Below are positions 19,169 to 27,970 of a DNA stretch of 64,000 nucleotides, one piece after another. Every line of letters begins with the position of its first letter. The first letter of the stretch is position 1. The notes under the pieces were generated by a model that worked only from the letters and a program-made list of their open reading frames with translations, was not told the origin of the DNA and made no database searches. The translations under genes and the position numbers were made by a program. The stretch comes from an uncultured Candidatus Rokubacteria bacterium (GTDB lineage: Bacteria; Methylomirabilota; Methylomirabilia; Rokubacteriales; CSP1-6). The DNA is taken from assembly GCA_963771355.1 (NCBI GenBank), contig CAVYTA010000007.1:608001-672000 (forward strand), written 5' to 3'.

Positions 19169-19266
19169 GGCCAGTTACCGGGAAGAAAGTCGAGCAGGAA
19201 CGCGATGGCCGCCAGGACAAGGACGAGGAAGACGTGGACGCCGGGTGGCTGCCGAAGGGTCAGCAT
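19165..19266 (-). CDS. 33-aa single-TM small protein (not in ORF track)
   Basis: MLTLRQPPGVHVFLVLVLAAIAFLLDFLPGNWP; SD GAGGGA; TGA overlaps GTG start of the AI-2E gene (GTGA). Confidence 0.6.
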   Translation of the reverse strand: MLTLRQPPGVHVFLVLVLAAIAFLLDFLPGNWP

Positions 19267-19274
19267 GGTGTCCC

Positions 19275-19607
19275 TCACCCTTTCTTCTGGACGATGAGAT
19301 GGTTGACGACGCCGTTCACGTGAGTGACGCTCCAGGCGATCTCGGCCGCGCGCTGGCGCGTCTCCTCGCTGTCCACCACGCCGGTCAAGTACACGGTGCG
19401 CAGGTTGGTCTCCACCCCCACGCGGGTGAGGGTGGCGAGCTTCTCGGCGGCGAGCCGGCTCTTCACCGCCGCGGTGATCTGCGCGTCATCCGCGTTCTCG
19501 CCGGCAGTCTGGCCGGTCAGGGACGAGCAGGCCGCCAGCAGGGTCACCAGCGCCAGCAGGGTGAGCGTCGCGAACGGGGACCGAGATCGCCGGGACCGCG
19601 GGCGCAT
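19275..19607 (-). CDS. BON domain lipoprotein (paralog of 15868-16194)
   Basis: LAAC lipobox; DDAQITAAVKSRLAAEK..VNGVVNHL. Confidence 0.88.
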   Translation of the reverse strand: MRPRSRRSRSPFATLTLLALVTLLAACSSLTGQTAGENADDAQITAAVKSRLAAEKLATLTRVGVETNLRTVYLTGVVDSEETRQRAAEIAWSVTHVNGVVNHLIVQKKG

Positions 19608-19609
19608 CG

Positions 19610-20200
19610 TTATTTCCTCGGTTCCCCGAGCTGCTCGAGGAGGGTCTTGAGCTCGTCGGCGTGCTCCTCCTCGTTGCCGAGCACACCCTCGAGCATGCGC
19701 CGGGTGGTCGGATCGCCCTCGCCCACGAACCGGATCATCTCCAGGTACGACTCGATGGCAATGCGCTCTGCCACCAGGTTCTCTCGAATCATGTCCACGA
19801 GGTCTCCGCCCTCCACGTACTCGCTGTGGCTGCGCGTGGCCAGGCCCTCGGGGGAGAAGTCGGGCTCCCCGCCGAGCTGCACGATGCGCTTGGCGATCTT
19901 GTCCGCGTGGCCCTGCTCCTCGGTGGCGTGCTTCATGAATTCCTCGGCGACCGCCTGGGCGTGGATTCCCGCCGCCATGAAGTGATGCCGGCGGTAGCGG
20001 AGCACGCAGATGAGCTCGGTGGCGAGCGCGGTATTGAGGAGGCGGATGACCGCCTCACGATCCACCTGGTGGCTCTCGGTCACGGCGCCGTCATCCATGT
20101 GCTCGCGGGCCCGCCGACGCAGCTCCTTCACGTCGGACAGGAAGTCCCCGCCGCCTCCCTCCTGCCCCTTCCCCTTGTCGCGCATGTCCCCAGTTTTCAC
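19610..20200 (-). CDS. Ferritin-like / bacterioferritin-family protein
   Basis: ALATELICVLRY, EEQGHAD, ENLVAERIAI, EEEHAD; SD AAGGAG before GTG. Confidence 0.88.
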   Translation of the reverse strand: MKTGDMRDKGKGQEGGGGDFLSDVKELRRRAREHMDDGAVTESHQVDREAVIRLLNTALATELICVLRYRRHHFMAAGIHAQAVAEEFMKHATEEQGHADKIAKRIVQLGGEPDFSPEGLATRSHSEYVEGGDLVDMIRENLVAERIAIESYLEMIRFVGEGDPTTRRMLEGVLGNEEEHADELKTLLEQLGEPRK

Positions 20201-20260
20201 GTCGCGCTCCTTTTGGGTGTTCGAGCTCCGGCCGTTCGCGTCCAGACAGACGATCGAACG

Positions 20261-20275
20261 GCAAACCCCGTGCCA
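20261..20275 (-). promoter_or_regulatory. sigma54 -24/-12 promoter
   Basis: Minus strand TGGCACGGGGTTTGC (consensus). Confidence 0.85.
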
Positions 20276-20368
20276 GCGAGGGACGGGTGGGGGCGGTCGA
20301 ACTGAAGCCTGCGGAATCTCAGGAAGCCGGGACAGACGATCCCGCGGCGACGACGCCGGCGCCAAGCA

Positions 20369-20402
20369 TGTCAAACTTACCGAAGCCGGTAGTCCTGACC
20401 CG
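20369..20402. promoter_or_regulatory. Candidate enhancer (UAS), copy 2 plus tandem half-matching site
   Basis: TGTCAAACTTACC (20369-81) + GCCGGTAGTCCTGACCCG (20385-402). Confidence 0.65.
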
Positions 20403-20502
20403 ATGCCGCTCCGAGTGGGTGGTGGCGCATCCGGGGGGTCGCCTCCGCGAGAGCGTGTGAAAAATCAGCGCGGAGCCCGCGGAGTGGCAGGTGATGGCGG
20501 GC

Positions 20503-20517
20503 TGGCACGGAAGATGC
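20503..20517 (+). promoter_or_regulatory. sigma54 -24/-12 promoter for cls
   Basis: TGGCACGGAAGATGC. Confidence 0.75.
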
Positions 20518-20531
20518 CAGATAGTCCGTTC

Positions 20532-21792
20532 ATGAGACTTCGCCGGTCCATCATTGGTGCCACTCCGCTCTTCGTCGCAGTGTTTCTCCTCACCGCGTCC
20601 TGCGCGAAGGTGCAGCCGCACTTCACCGTGCCGAAGATGACGGTTTCCGATCCGTCCTTCATCCCGACCATGGAGGCGTATACGGCCTCCACGGTGAGCC
20701 GGGGAAACCGGGTGGACTTCCTGCTGAACGGCCAGAAGATCTTCCCCGCCCAGCTCGCCGCCATTCGCTCCGCGCAGCGCACCATCACCTATGCGCAGTA
20801 TTTCTACGAGGACGGGAAGCCGGCGGTCCTCCTGGTGGAGGCCATCAGCGAGCGCTGCCGAGCGGGAGTTCGCGGCCACGTGCTCCTGGACGCTTTCGGC
20901 AGCCTCAAGATGCCGCCCGAGCTCCGGCAGCAGCTGCAGGACGCGGGCTGCGAGGTCGCCACCTTCCGGCCGCTGCGGCCGTGGGCGCTGGACGAGGCCA
21001 ATAACCGGAATCACCGCCGCATCCTGGTGGTGGACGGCAAGGTGGGCTTCACCGGCGGATCGGGGGCCAGCTCCAAGTGGATGGGCAATGGGCGGCGCGA
21101 GGGTCACTGGCGGGAGACCGACGCGCGCATGGAGGGCCCGGCGGTGAATGATCTGCAGGGTGCCTTCGCGGAGAACTGGCTGGAGGCGACCGGCCACGTG
21201 CTGGGCGGCGACGGCTACTTCGCGCCCCAGCCCGCCCGCGGCACGGTACGGGCCCAGGTGGTGCGGAGCTCGCCCACCAACGGCAGCTTCGCGGTGTACA
21301 CCATGTATCTCCTCGCCATGTCGTCGGCCCGGCGAAACATCTACATGACCAATCCCTATTTCCTGCCCGACGAGCAGATGCGCAAGGCCCTGGTCGAGGC
21401 GAGGCGTCGAGGGGTGCGGGTGGTCCTGCTGCTGCCCGGCGCCATCGACAACAACATCGTCCGCCAGGCCAGCCGCGGCGGGATTCGGAGAGCTGCTGGA
21501 CGCGGGTATCGAGATCCACGAGTACCGCTCGGGACTGCTCCACGCGAAGACCATGGCGGTGGACGGCCTCTGGGCGACGGTCGGGAGCACCAATGTGGAC
21601 AACCGGTCCTTCGCGCTGAACGACGAGCTGAACCTTGCCCTCTACGACGCGGAGACGGCGGCGGGCCTCGAGAAGATCTTCATCGACGACCTGCAGCACT
21701 CGCGGCCGGTGGACCCGGCCGTCTGGCGGGCGCGCGGTCCGATGACCCGGATGCTCGAGCTGATCTCCATGCCCTTCAAGCCCCAGCTCTGA
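20532..21792 (+). CDS. cls: Cardiolipin synthase / PLD family; +1 frameshift at about 21481
   Basis: NHRRILVVDGKVGFTGG, WRETD, TNPYFLP; after removing one G: GFGELLDAGIEIHEY..LHAKTMAVDG..GSTNVDNRSF. Confidence 0.85.
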
Positions 21793-21805
21793 GGGCGGCG
21801 CGTCC

Positions 21806-22432
21806 ATGCTGAACTCGATCCGGCTGGCCGCCCTGACGCTGAGCGCGCTGACCCTGGGCCTGAGCTTTGCCCACGTGCTCGAGATGCCGGCGAAGCTCGC
21901 CTATGCCCCTGCTGTCTACGTGGCCCTGCAGAACTCGCTGTACGTGTCCTTCGGACCGCCGCGGGTCGGGGCCTTCGTGGAGCCGGGGGCCATTCTCGCC
22001 ACCGGGCTCCTCGCGTATCTGGTCCGCCGCCGCCGGCCCGCGTTCTGGCTGACGGTGGGGGCGGAGATCTGCCTGCTGCTGGCCTTTCCGGTGGTGTTCT
22101 TCCTCTTCACCGACCCGGCCAATGCCGTGTTCCAGGGGGCGGCTTCCGTGCCCCCGGACTTCGAGCGCTACCGCATCCAGTGGGAGTATTCCCACGCGGC
22201 GCGGTTCGTCCTCCAACTGGCCGCCTTCGTGCTCCTCGCGCGGTCGGTGCTGCACCGGCCGCGCGTGCCGCGAAGCGAGCTCTCGCCCTACACCATGAGC
22301 GCGATCCAGACGGAGGGCCCCCCGAGCTACTCGCCCTCGTCGCCGCTGTTTGGAGACGGGCCGCCGTCGATGACCATGGTGGCCCCGTTCATGAAGCCGG
22401 ACGCGTCGGAGGCGAGAAAGACGCAAGGGTAG
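21806..22432 (+). CDS. DUF1772-like membrane protein
   Basis: LSFAHVLEMPAKL..RIQWEYSHAARF; 3' end overlaps the convergent SDR gene. Confidence 0.7.
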   Translation: MLNSIRLAALTLSALTLGLSFAHVLEMPAKLAYAPAVYVALQNSLYVSFGPPRVGAFVEPGAILATGLLAYLVRRRRPAFWLTVGAEICLLLAFPVVFFLFTDPANAVFQGAASVPPDFERYRIQWEYSHAARFVLQLAAFVLLARSVLHRPRVPRSELSPYTMSAIQTEGPPSYSPSSPLFGDGPPSMTMVAPFMKPDASEARKTQG

Positions 22433-23124
22433 GCGATCTCCTCCACCTTGCCCCAGCGGCCGAGGCCGACGCGGTTGGCCACGCCGTCATAGACCTTCTT
22501 GGCGTCCGGATTGGTCTTGTGGAGCACGTCCAGGTACCCCTCCGTCTCCACCGGGCCCGGCGCGATGCAGTTGACGCGGATGCCCTTGCGCCCCCACGCC
22601 ATGCCCAGGGTGCGCGTGAAATTGATGACCGCGGCCTTCGAGGCGCCGTAGTGCGACATCATGGTCGAGCCATAGACACCCGCGACGGATGAGATGTTGA
22701 TGATGACGCCGCCGCCCTGGGCCATCATCTGGCGGCCCGCCCACTTGCAGCCGAAGAAGACGCCGTTGAGGTTGATCCCCACCACGGTGTTCCAGCCGTT
22801 CATCGAGATGTCCTCGACCTTGGCGCGGAACGAGGCCCCGGCGTTGTTCACCATGACGTCGAGCTTGCCCAGGTCCTTCACCGTCTTCTCGACGAGGCCC
22901 TTGACCTGGTCTTCCTGGCGCACGTCCACCGCGAGGGCGAAGGAGCGGCGGCCCAGCTTCTTGATCTCCGCGGTGACGGGCTCGAGGTGCTCGATCTTGC
23001 GGCTCGCGATGGCCACGTCCGCGCCGGCGCGCGCGTACTCGATGGCGATGGACTTGCCGATGCCGACGCCGCCTCCGGTGACGATGGCGACCTTGCCTTC
23101 CAGCGAGAACGGCGACGCTGCCAT
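22327..23124 (-). CDS. SDR family oxidoreductase
   Basis: TGGGVGIG, VNNAG, YGASK, IRVNCIAPG; TATAAT at 23162-67 (minus strand). Confidence 0.92.
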   Translation of the reverse strand: MAASPFSLEGKVAIVTGGGVGIGKSIAIEYARAGADVAIASRKIEHLEPVTAEIKKLGRRSFALAVDVRQEDQVKGLVEKTVKDLGKLDVMVNNAGASFRAKVEDISMNGWNTVVGINLNGVFFGCKWAGRQMMAQGGGVIINISSVAGVYGSTMMSHYGASKAAVINFTRTLGMAWGRKGIRVNCIAPGPVETEGYLDVLHKTNPDAKKVYDGVANRVGLGRWGKVEEIAYPCVFLASDASGFMNGATMVIDGGPSPNSGDEGE

Positions 23125-23162
23125 GACGGGGGCCTCCTGGGTTGGGGATGTGAGGGAGCGGA

Positions 23163-24053
23163 TTATACTCCGCGCGCGAGCTGGGCGAAGGCCGGCGGCG
23201 CGGGGCTGTCGAAGCGGATGGGCGCGCGGGTGCCGGGGTGGATGAAGCCGAGGCGCGTGGCGTGCAGGCACAGGCGCTTGAGCGGGTCGCGGGGACTGCC
23301 ATGCTCCGCGTCGCCGATCACCGGATGGCCGAGGGCGGCGAGCTGCACCCGTATCTGATGGCGGCGGCCGGTGCCGAGCGCGATCTCGAGCAGCGTCGCA
23401 TCGCGCCGCCGCTCGAGCACGCGGTAGTGGGTGATGGCCTCCCGCCCCACCGCGCTCCGCGGGGGGTGCCCGGCGCCCCGCCCGGTCCCGCGCGACCACG
23501 CGATGCGCACGCGGTGCGCGGGGTCCTCCACCAAGCGGTTGCTCAGGGTGCCCGAGTCCAGCCGCACCGCGCCTTCCACCACCGCCACGTAGCCGCGGTC
23601 CACGTCGCGGGCGGCGAACTGCGCCTGGAGCGCCTCCTTGGCCGACGGCGTCTTGGCGAACACGAGCAACCCCGAGGTCTCGCGGTCGAGCCGGTGGACG
23701 ATGTACGGCCGCCCGTCCTTGCGCTGGGCCGCGAGGTGATCCCAGAGGATGCGATAGGCCGTCCGCGTGCGCTCGCGCTCGGTGCCGATGGTCAGGAGCC
23801 CCGGCGGCTTGTCCACCACCAGGAGCGTCTCGTCCTCGTGGACGATGCGCAGCCCGAGCGGGAGCCGCGCCGCCCGCGGAGGCGCCACCGTGGGCGGCCC
23901 CAGCGTGATCTTGTCGCCGCGCGCCAGATCGGTGCGCGCGTCCCGCGCCACCGTGCCGTTGACGCGCACGCGCCCCGCGGCCAGCCATTGCTTCATGCTG
24001 CGCCCGGAGGCCTCGGGGAATTGCGCGCGCAAGCGCTCCGACAGGGTGCTCAC
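23163..24053 (-). CDS. RluA-family pseudouridine synthase
   Basis: VDKPPGLL, HRLDRETSG, TGRRHQIR, LCLHA. Confidence 0.9.
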   Translation of the reverse strand: MSTLSERLRAQFPEASGRSMKQWLAAGRVRVNGTVARDARTDLARGDKITLGPPTVAPPRAARLPLGLRIVHEDETLLVVDKPPGLLTIGTERERTRTAYRILWDHLAAQRKDGRPYIVHRLDRETSGLLVFAKTPSAKEALQAQFAARDVDRGYVAVVEGAVRLDSGTLSNRLVEDPAHRVRIAWSRGTGRGAGHPPRSAVGREAITHYRVLERRRDATLLEIALGTGRRHQIRVQLAALGHPVIGDAEHGSPRDPLKRLCLHATRLGFIHPGTRAPIRFDSPAPPAFAQLARGV

Positions 24054-24055
24054 CC

Positions 24056-26605
24056 TCACTCGCTCCGCAAGACGCCGAGCGGCTTCTGGCCGAGGAGCCG
24101 GAAGCTGCCGAGGAAGCCCACCGCGAGGGCGAGGAGCGTGGCGCCGGTCACGCCGGCGGCGAGGATGGCGGGCTGCCAGTGCCACGGGACCTCGATCAGC
24201 CAGCGCTGCACGCCCCAGGCCAGCGCGACGGCCAGCCCGGTGCCGGCCACGCCCGCCGCCACGCCGAGGAGTGCGTACTCCACCGCGAAGCCGCGCGCCA
24301 CCACGCCGCGCGTGGCGCCGAGCGCCTTGAGGATGACCGAGTGATAGAGCCGCTCGTGCCGCGTGACGGACAGCGCGCCCGCCAGCACCACGATTCCCGC
24401 GAGCACGCTCACTCCCGCCACCAGGCGCACCGCCTGCGCGATCTGGTTCACGATGCCCGACGCGCGCTCCAGCACCTCGCGGACCGGCACCGCGGTGATG
24501 TTGGGGAAGGCGCCCACCACCGCCGACTGCAGGCGCTCCTCGTCCGCGCGCGGCGCCTCGGCGGTGGCGAGATAGGTGGCGGGCGCGCCCTCGAGCGCGC
24601 CGGGCGAGAAGATCACGAAGAAGTTGGCGCCGAAGGTCCGCCACTCCACCCGTCTCAGGCTGGTGACGCGGGCGCTGACCGGCACTCCCTGGATGTCGAA
24701 GGTGAGCGTGTCGCCAAGCCCCACGCCGAGGTTCCGCGCCAGCTCCTCCTCCACGGAGATCTGCGGCTCGCGGGCGGCGTCGGCCGCTGTCCACCAGCGC
24801 CCGGCCACCACGGTGTTCCGGCCGGGCGGCGACGCCGCCCAGGTCAGCACGTACTCGCGCGAGAGATACCAGGCTTCCTCGCGGCGCCGCGCGTCCCGCG
24901 CGATGGGCGCGCCATCCACGGCGGAGAGCCGGGCCCGCACGGTGGGAATGAGAGTGGGCGGCGTGCCGGTCTCGCGCGCGATCAGCCGCGCGAAGCCGTC
25001 CGCCTGATCCGGCTGGATATCGATGAAGAAGAAGGCCGGCGCGCGCTCGGCGGCCGGCCCCGCCAGCTCGCGGCGGAGGTTGCCCTCCAGCACCGCCACC
25101 GAGACGATCAGCATCACCGCGAGGCCGAGCGTCACGAGCACCGAGCCCGCCTGGCCTCCGGGCCGGTGAAGCGCCGCCACGCCCTGGCGCCAGGCCAACC
25201 AGCGCGCGCGCGGAAGCCGCCGCGCCCCCGCGAGGGTCAGCCGCGCGATGAGGAAGAGCAGCGCCAGCCCGCCCGCGAAGCCGCCGATGAAGAGGGCGCC
25301 CACCTTCCATGCACCCGCCTGCCACAGGGCGAGCGCGGAGAGCCCGACCGCCACCGGCAGCGCGGCCAGCAGCTGCCGGCGGTTCGAGCGCCGGGTCTCG
25401 ACTTCGTAGCGGAGGACCAGGGAGGGCGGGATATCGCGGATCGCCAGCAGCGGCGGCAGCGCGCAGAGCAGGGTGACGCCGAGCCCCATGGCGACGCCGC
25501 GCAGGATGGCCAGGGGCGAGACGCCGATGGCGAGCGGGAAGGGGAGGAGCGGGGCCAGCCACGGCGCGAGGAGTGGCGGCACCGCGCTTCCGATGGCCGC
25601 GCCCACGAGGCTGCCCGCCAGTCCCAGCGCGCCGGTCTGGAGGAGATAGGCGGCGAGGAGACGGCGCCACGGCGTGCCCAGGCTCTTGAGGATGGCGAGG
25701 GTGGCGCGGCGGCGGCGCAGGAACGCCTGCACGCTCACGCCCACGCCGATGCCGCCCACGAGCAGCGCGACGAGGCCGGTGAGGCCGAGATACATGGTGA
25801 GCTGATCCCAGAAGCGGCGCAGCCCCGGCTGAGCCTGGCGGTAGGTGCTGACGCGAAGGCCGGGATCGTCGAGCCGCGAGACGAGTGCCGTCCGGACCGT
25901 CTCCGGGTCGGCGCCGTCGGGAAGCCGGACCAGCGTGCGGTGGCGCACGCGGCTGCCGGGCCGCACGAGGCCGGTGGCCTCGAGGTCGGCGGCGGCGATG
26001 AGCACGCGCGGTCCCAGGGAGAAGACGCCGACCGCGCGATCGGGCTCACTCTCCACGAGGCCGGCGATGCGAAAGGCGATCTCGCCGATGCGCAGGGTGT
26101 CGCCCACCGCGAGGCCGAGCCGGGTGAGCAGCGCCGACTGGACCAGCGCGCGGCGCTCCCCGATGAGCGTCTCCAGCGGCGCGGCCGGCGACGTCACCAG
26201 GCGACCGTAGAACGGATAGCCGGCCTCCACCGCCTTGATCTCGACGAGCTGCACGCGCGACGGCGCGGCGGGATGAGGGGACACCTGACCGTCGGCGGCG
26301 GCGGGCACCTCAGCCTGCGCCATCGCCGCGAGCTCGAGGACGCGCGTCGAGCGGGCGCCGGAGCGCGCGAGCCCGTCCACCGCCGTGGCCGAGTCCGGCC
26401 CGAGCGGCTGCGACGCGCGAATCTCGAGGTCCGCGCCCATGAGGGTCTTGCCGGATTCCGCCACCGTCCGCTCGAGGCTGCGCCCGAGCGTGCCGACGGC
26501 CACCAGCGCGGCCACGCCGAGGGTGACGCAGGCCACGAGGTAGCTGAAGTGCCGGCCCGCGCCGCGCAGCTCGCGGGCGGCCTGCCGGACGGCCCAGTTA
26601 GACAT
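24056..26605 (-). CDS. ybbP: ABC transporter permease (YbbP/FtsX-like)
   Basis: ARELRG, LALLVGGIGV, PAFFFIDIQPDQ, ILKALGA. Confidence 0.85.
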   Translation of the reverse strand: MSNWAVRQAARELRGAGRHFSYLVACVTLGVAALVAVGTLGRSLERTVAESGKTLMGADLEIRASQPLGPDSATAVDGLARSGARSTRVLELAAMAQAEVPAAADGQVSPHPAAPSRVQLVEIKAVEAGYPFYGRLVTSPAAPLETLIGERRALVQSALLTRLGLAVGDTLRIGEIAFRIAGLVESEPDRAVGVFSLGPRVLIAAADLEATGLVRPGSRVRHRTLVRLPDGADPETVRTALVSRLDDPGLRVSTYRQAQPGLRRFWDQLTMYLGLTGLVALLVGGIGVGVSVQAFLRRRRATLAILKSLGTPWRRLLAAYLLQTGALGLAGSLVGAAIGSAVPPLLAPWLAPLLPFPLAIGVSPLAILRGVAMGLGVTLLCALPPLLAIRDIPPSLVLRYEVETRRSNRRQLLAALPVAVGLSALALWQAGAWKVGALFIGGFAGGLALLFLIARLTLAGARRLPRARWLAWRQGVAALHRPGGQAGSVLVTLGLAVMLIVSVAVLEGNLRRELAGPAAERAPAFFFIDIQPDQADGFARLIARETGTPPTLIPTVRARLSAVDGAPIARDARRREEAWYLSREYVLTWAASPPGRNTVVAGRWWTAADAAREPQISVEEELARNLGVGLGDTLTFDIQGVPVSARVTSLRRVEWRTFGANFFVIFSPGALEGAPATYLATAEAPRADEERLQSAVVGAFPNITAVPVREVLERASGIVNQIAQAVRLVAGVSVLAGIVVLAGALSVTRHERLYHSVILKALGATRGVVARGFAVEYALLGVAAGVAGTGLAVALAWGVQRWLIEVPWHWQPAILAAGVTGATLLALAVGFLGSFRLLGQKPLGVLRSE

Positions 26606-27284
26606 GCGGGCCGAGGCTCGCCTCGTCCGCCACCACCCGCCCGTCACGGAGCGTGATGAGCCGGTCGGCGTGTGCGGCCAGCGCGGGATCGTGAGTGACG
26701 AGGACGAGGGTGCTGCCCAGGGTGCGGTTGAGGCCGAGGATCAGCTCGATGATCTGCTTGCCGGTGGCGGAGTCGAGATTGCCGGTGGGCTCGTCGGCGA
26801 GGAGCACCGGCGGCCGGCGCGCCACCGCGCGCGCGACGGCCACGCGCTGCTGCTCGCCGCCCGACAGCTGCACCGGATAGTGCTCGGCGCGATCGGCGAG
26901 CCCGACCTCGCCCAGGAGCGCGCGGGCGCGCGGGAGCGCGTCCAGCTCGCCCGCCAGCTCCAGCGGCACCGCGACGTTCTCCAGCGCGGTGAGGGTGGGA
27001 ATGAGGTGAAAGGACTGGAAGATGTAGCCGATGGTGTCGAGGCGGAAGCGCGCGAGGGCGTCCTCGCCGAGCGCGGTGACCTCCGCGTCCGCCACGCGGA
27101 TGCGGCCGGACGAGGGCCGATCGAGCCCGGCGATGAGGCCGAGCAGCGTGGACTTGCCGCTGCCCGACGGCCCCGCGATGGCCACGAACTGGCGCGCGGG
27201 GATCGTGAGAGTCACGTCCGCGAGCACGTCGACGGAGCGGTCGCCGCTGGTGAAGCGCATGCCGACGCCCGCGATCTCGATCAT
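26598..27284 (-). CDS. ybbA: ABC transporter ATP-binding protein (YbbA-like)
   Basis: GPSGSGKST, LSGGEQQR, ADEPTGNLD. Confidence 0.88.
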   Translation of the reverse strand: MIEIAGVGMRFTSGDRSVDVLADVTLTIPARQFVAIAGPSGSGKSTLLGLIAGLDRPSSGRIRVADAEVTALGEDALARFRLDTIGYIFQSFHLIPTLTALENVAVPLELAGELDALPRARALLGEVGLADRAEHYPVQLSGGEQQRVAVARAVARRPPVLLADEPTGNLDSATGKQIIELILGLNRTLGSTLVLVTHDPALAAHADRLITLRDGRVVADEASLGPHV

Positions 27285-27334
27285 GATTGCGTCTCATACT
27301 ACACTGGAGACACGGAGGAGGCGGGGACGCGGAC

Positions 27335-27970
27335 ATGCTGGGCACGCACGATCTCTGGGCATTCCTCCTGGCCAGCGTTCTCCTCTGGATCACGCCCGGC
27401 CCCGACAACATGTACATCCTCGCGCGCAGCATCGCGCAGGGCCGGCGCGCGGGCCTGGTGTCGGCGCTCGGCATCGGCTCCGGCGTGCTCGTGCACACGC
27501 TCGCCGCGTCGCTGGGCCTCTCCGCCATCCTCGCCACGTCGGCGTGGGCCTTCCTGGCGGTGAAGGTGGCGGGCGCGGCCTATCTGATCTACCTGGGGAT
27601 CGCCGCGCTCCGTCGTCCCGTCGCGCCGCTCGCCGCGCCCACGCTCGATCCGGCCTCCCCGTGGGTCGTGTACCGGCAGGGCGTGCTCTCGAATATCCTG
27701 AATCCGAAGGTCGCGGTGTTCTTCCTCGCCTTCCTGCCGCAGTTCGTGGATCCGGCCGGCGGCTGGGGCCCGCTGCCCTTCCTCGTGCTGGGCGGGCTCT
27801 TCGTGACCGGCGGCACGCTCTGGTGCGTGCTCTTCGCGCTCGGCGCCAGCACCGCCACCTCGACGCTGCGGCGGTCGCCGCGGCTGCTGGTCGGGCTCGA
27901 GCGGCTGTCGGGCTGCGTCTACATCGCGCTGGGGCTGAACCTCCTCCGCTCCCGGCCCCAGTCCGCGTGA
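27335..27970 (+). CDS. LysE/RhtB family translocator
   Basis: ITPGPDN, GAAYLIYLG, NILNPKVAVFFLAFLPQF. Confidence 0.9.
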   Translation: MLGTHDLWAFLLASVLLWITPGPDNMYILARSIAQGRRAGLVSALGIGSGVLVHTLAASLGLSAILATSAWAFLAVKVAGAAYLIYLGIAALRRPVAPLAAPTLDPASPWVVYRQGVLSNILNPKVAVFFLAFLPQFVDPAGGWGPLPFLVLGGLFVTGGTLWCVLFALGASTATSTLRRSPRLLVGLERLSGCVYIALGLNLLRSRPQSA

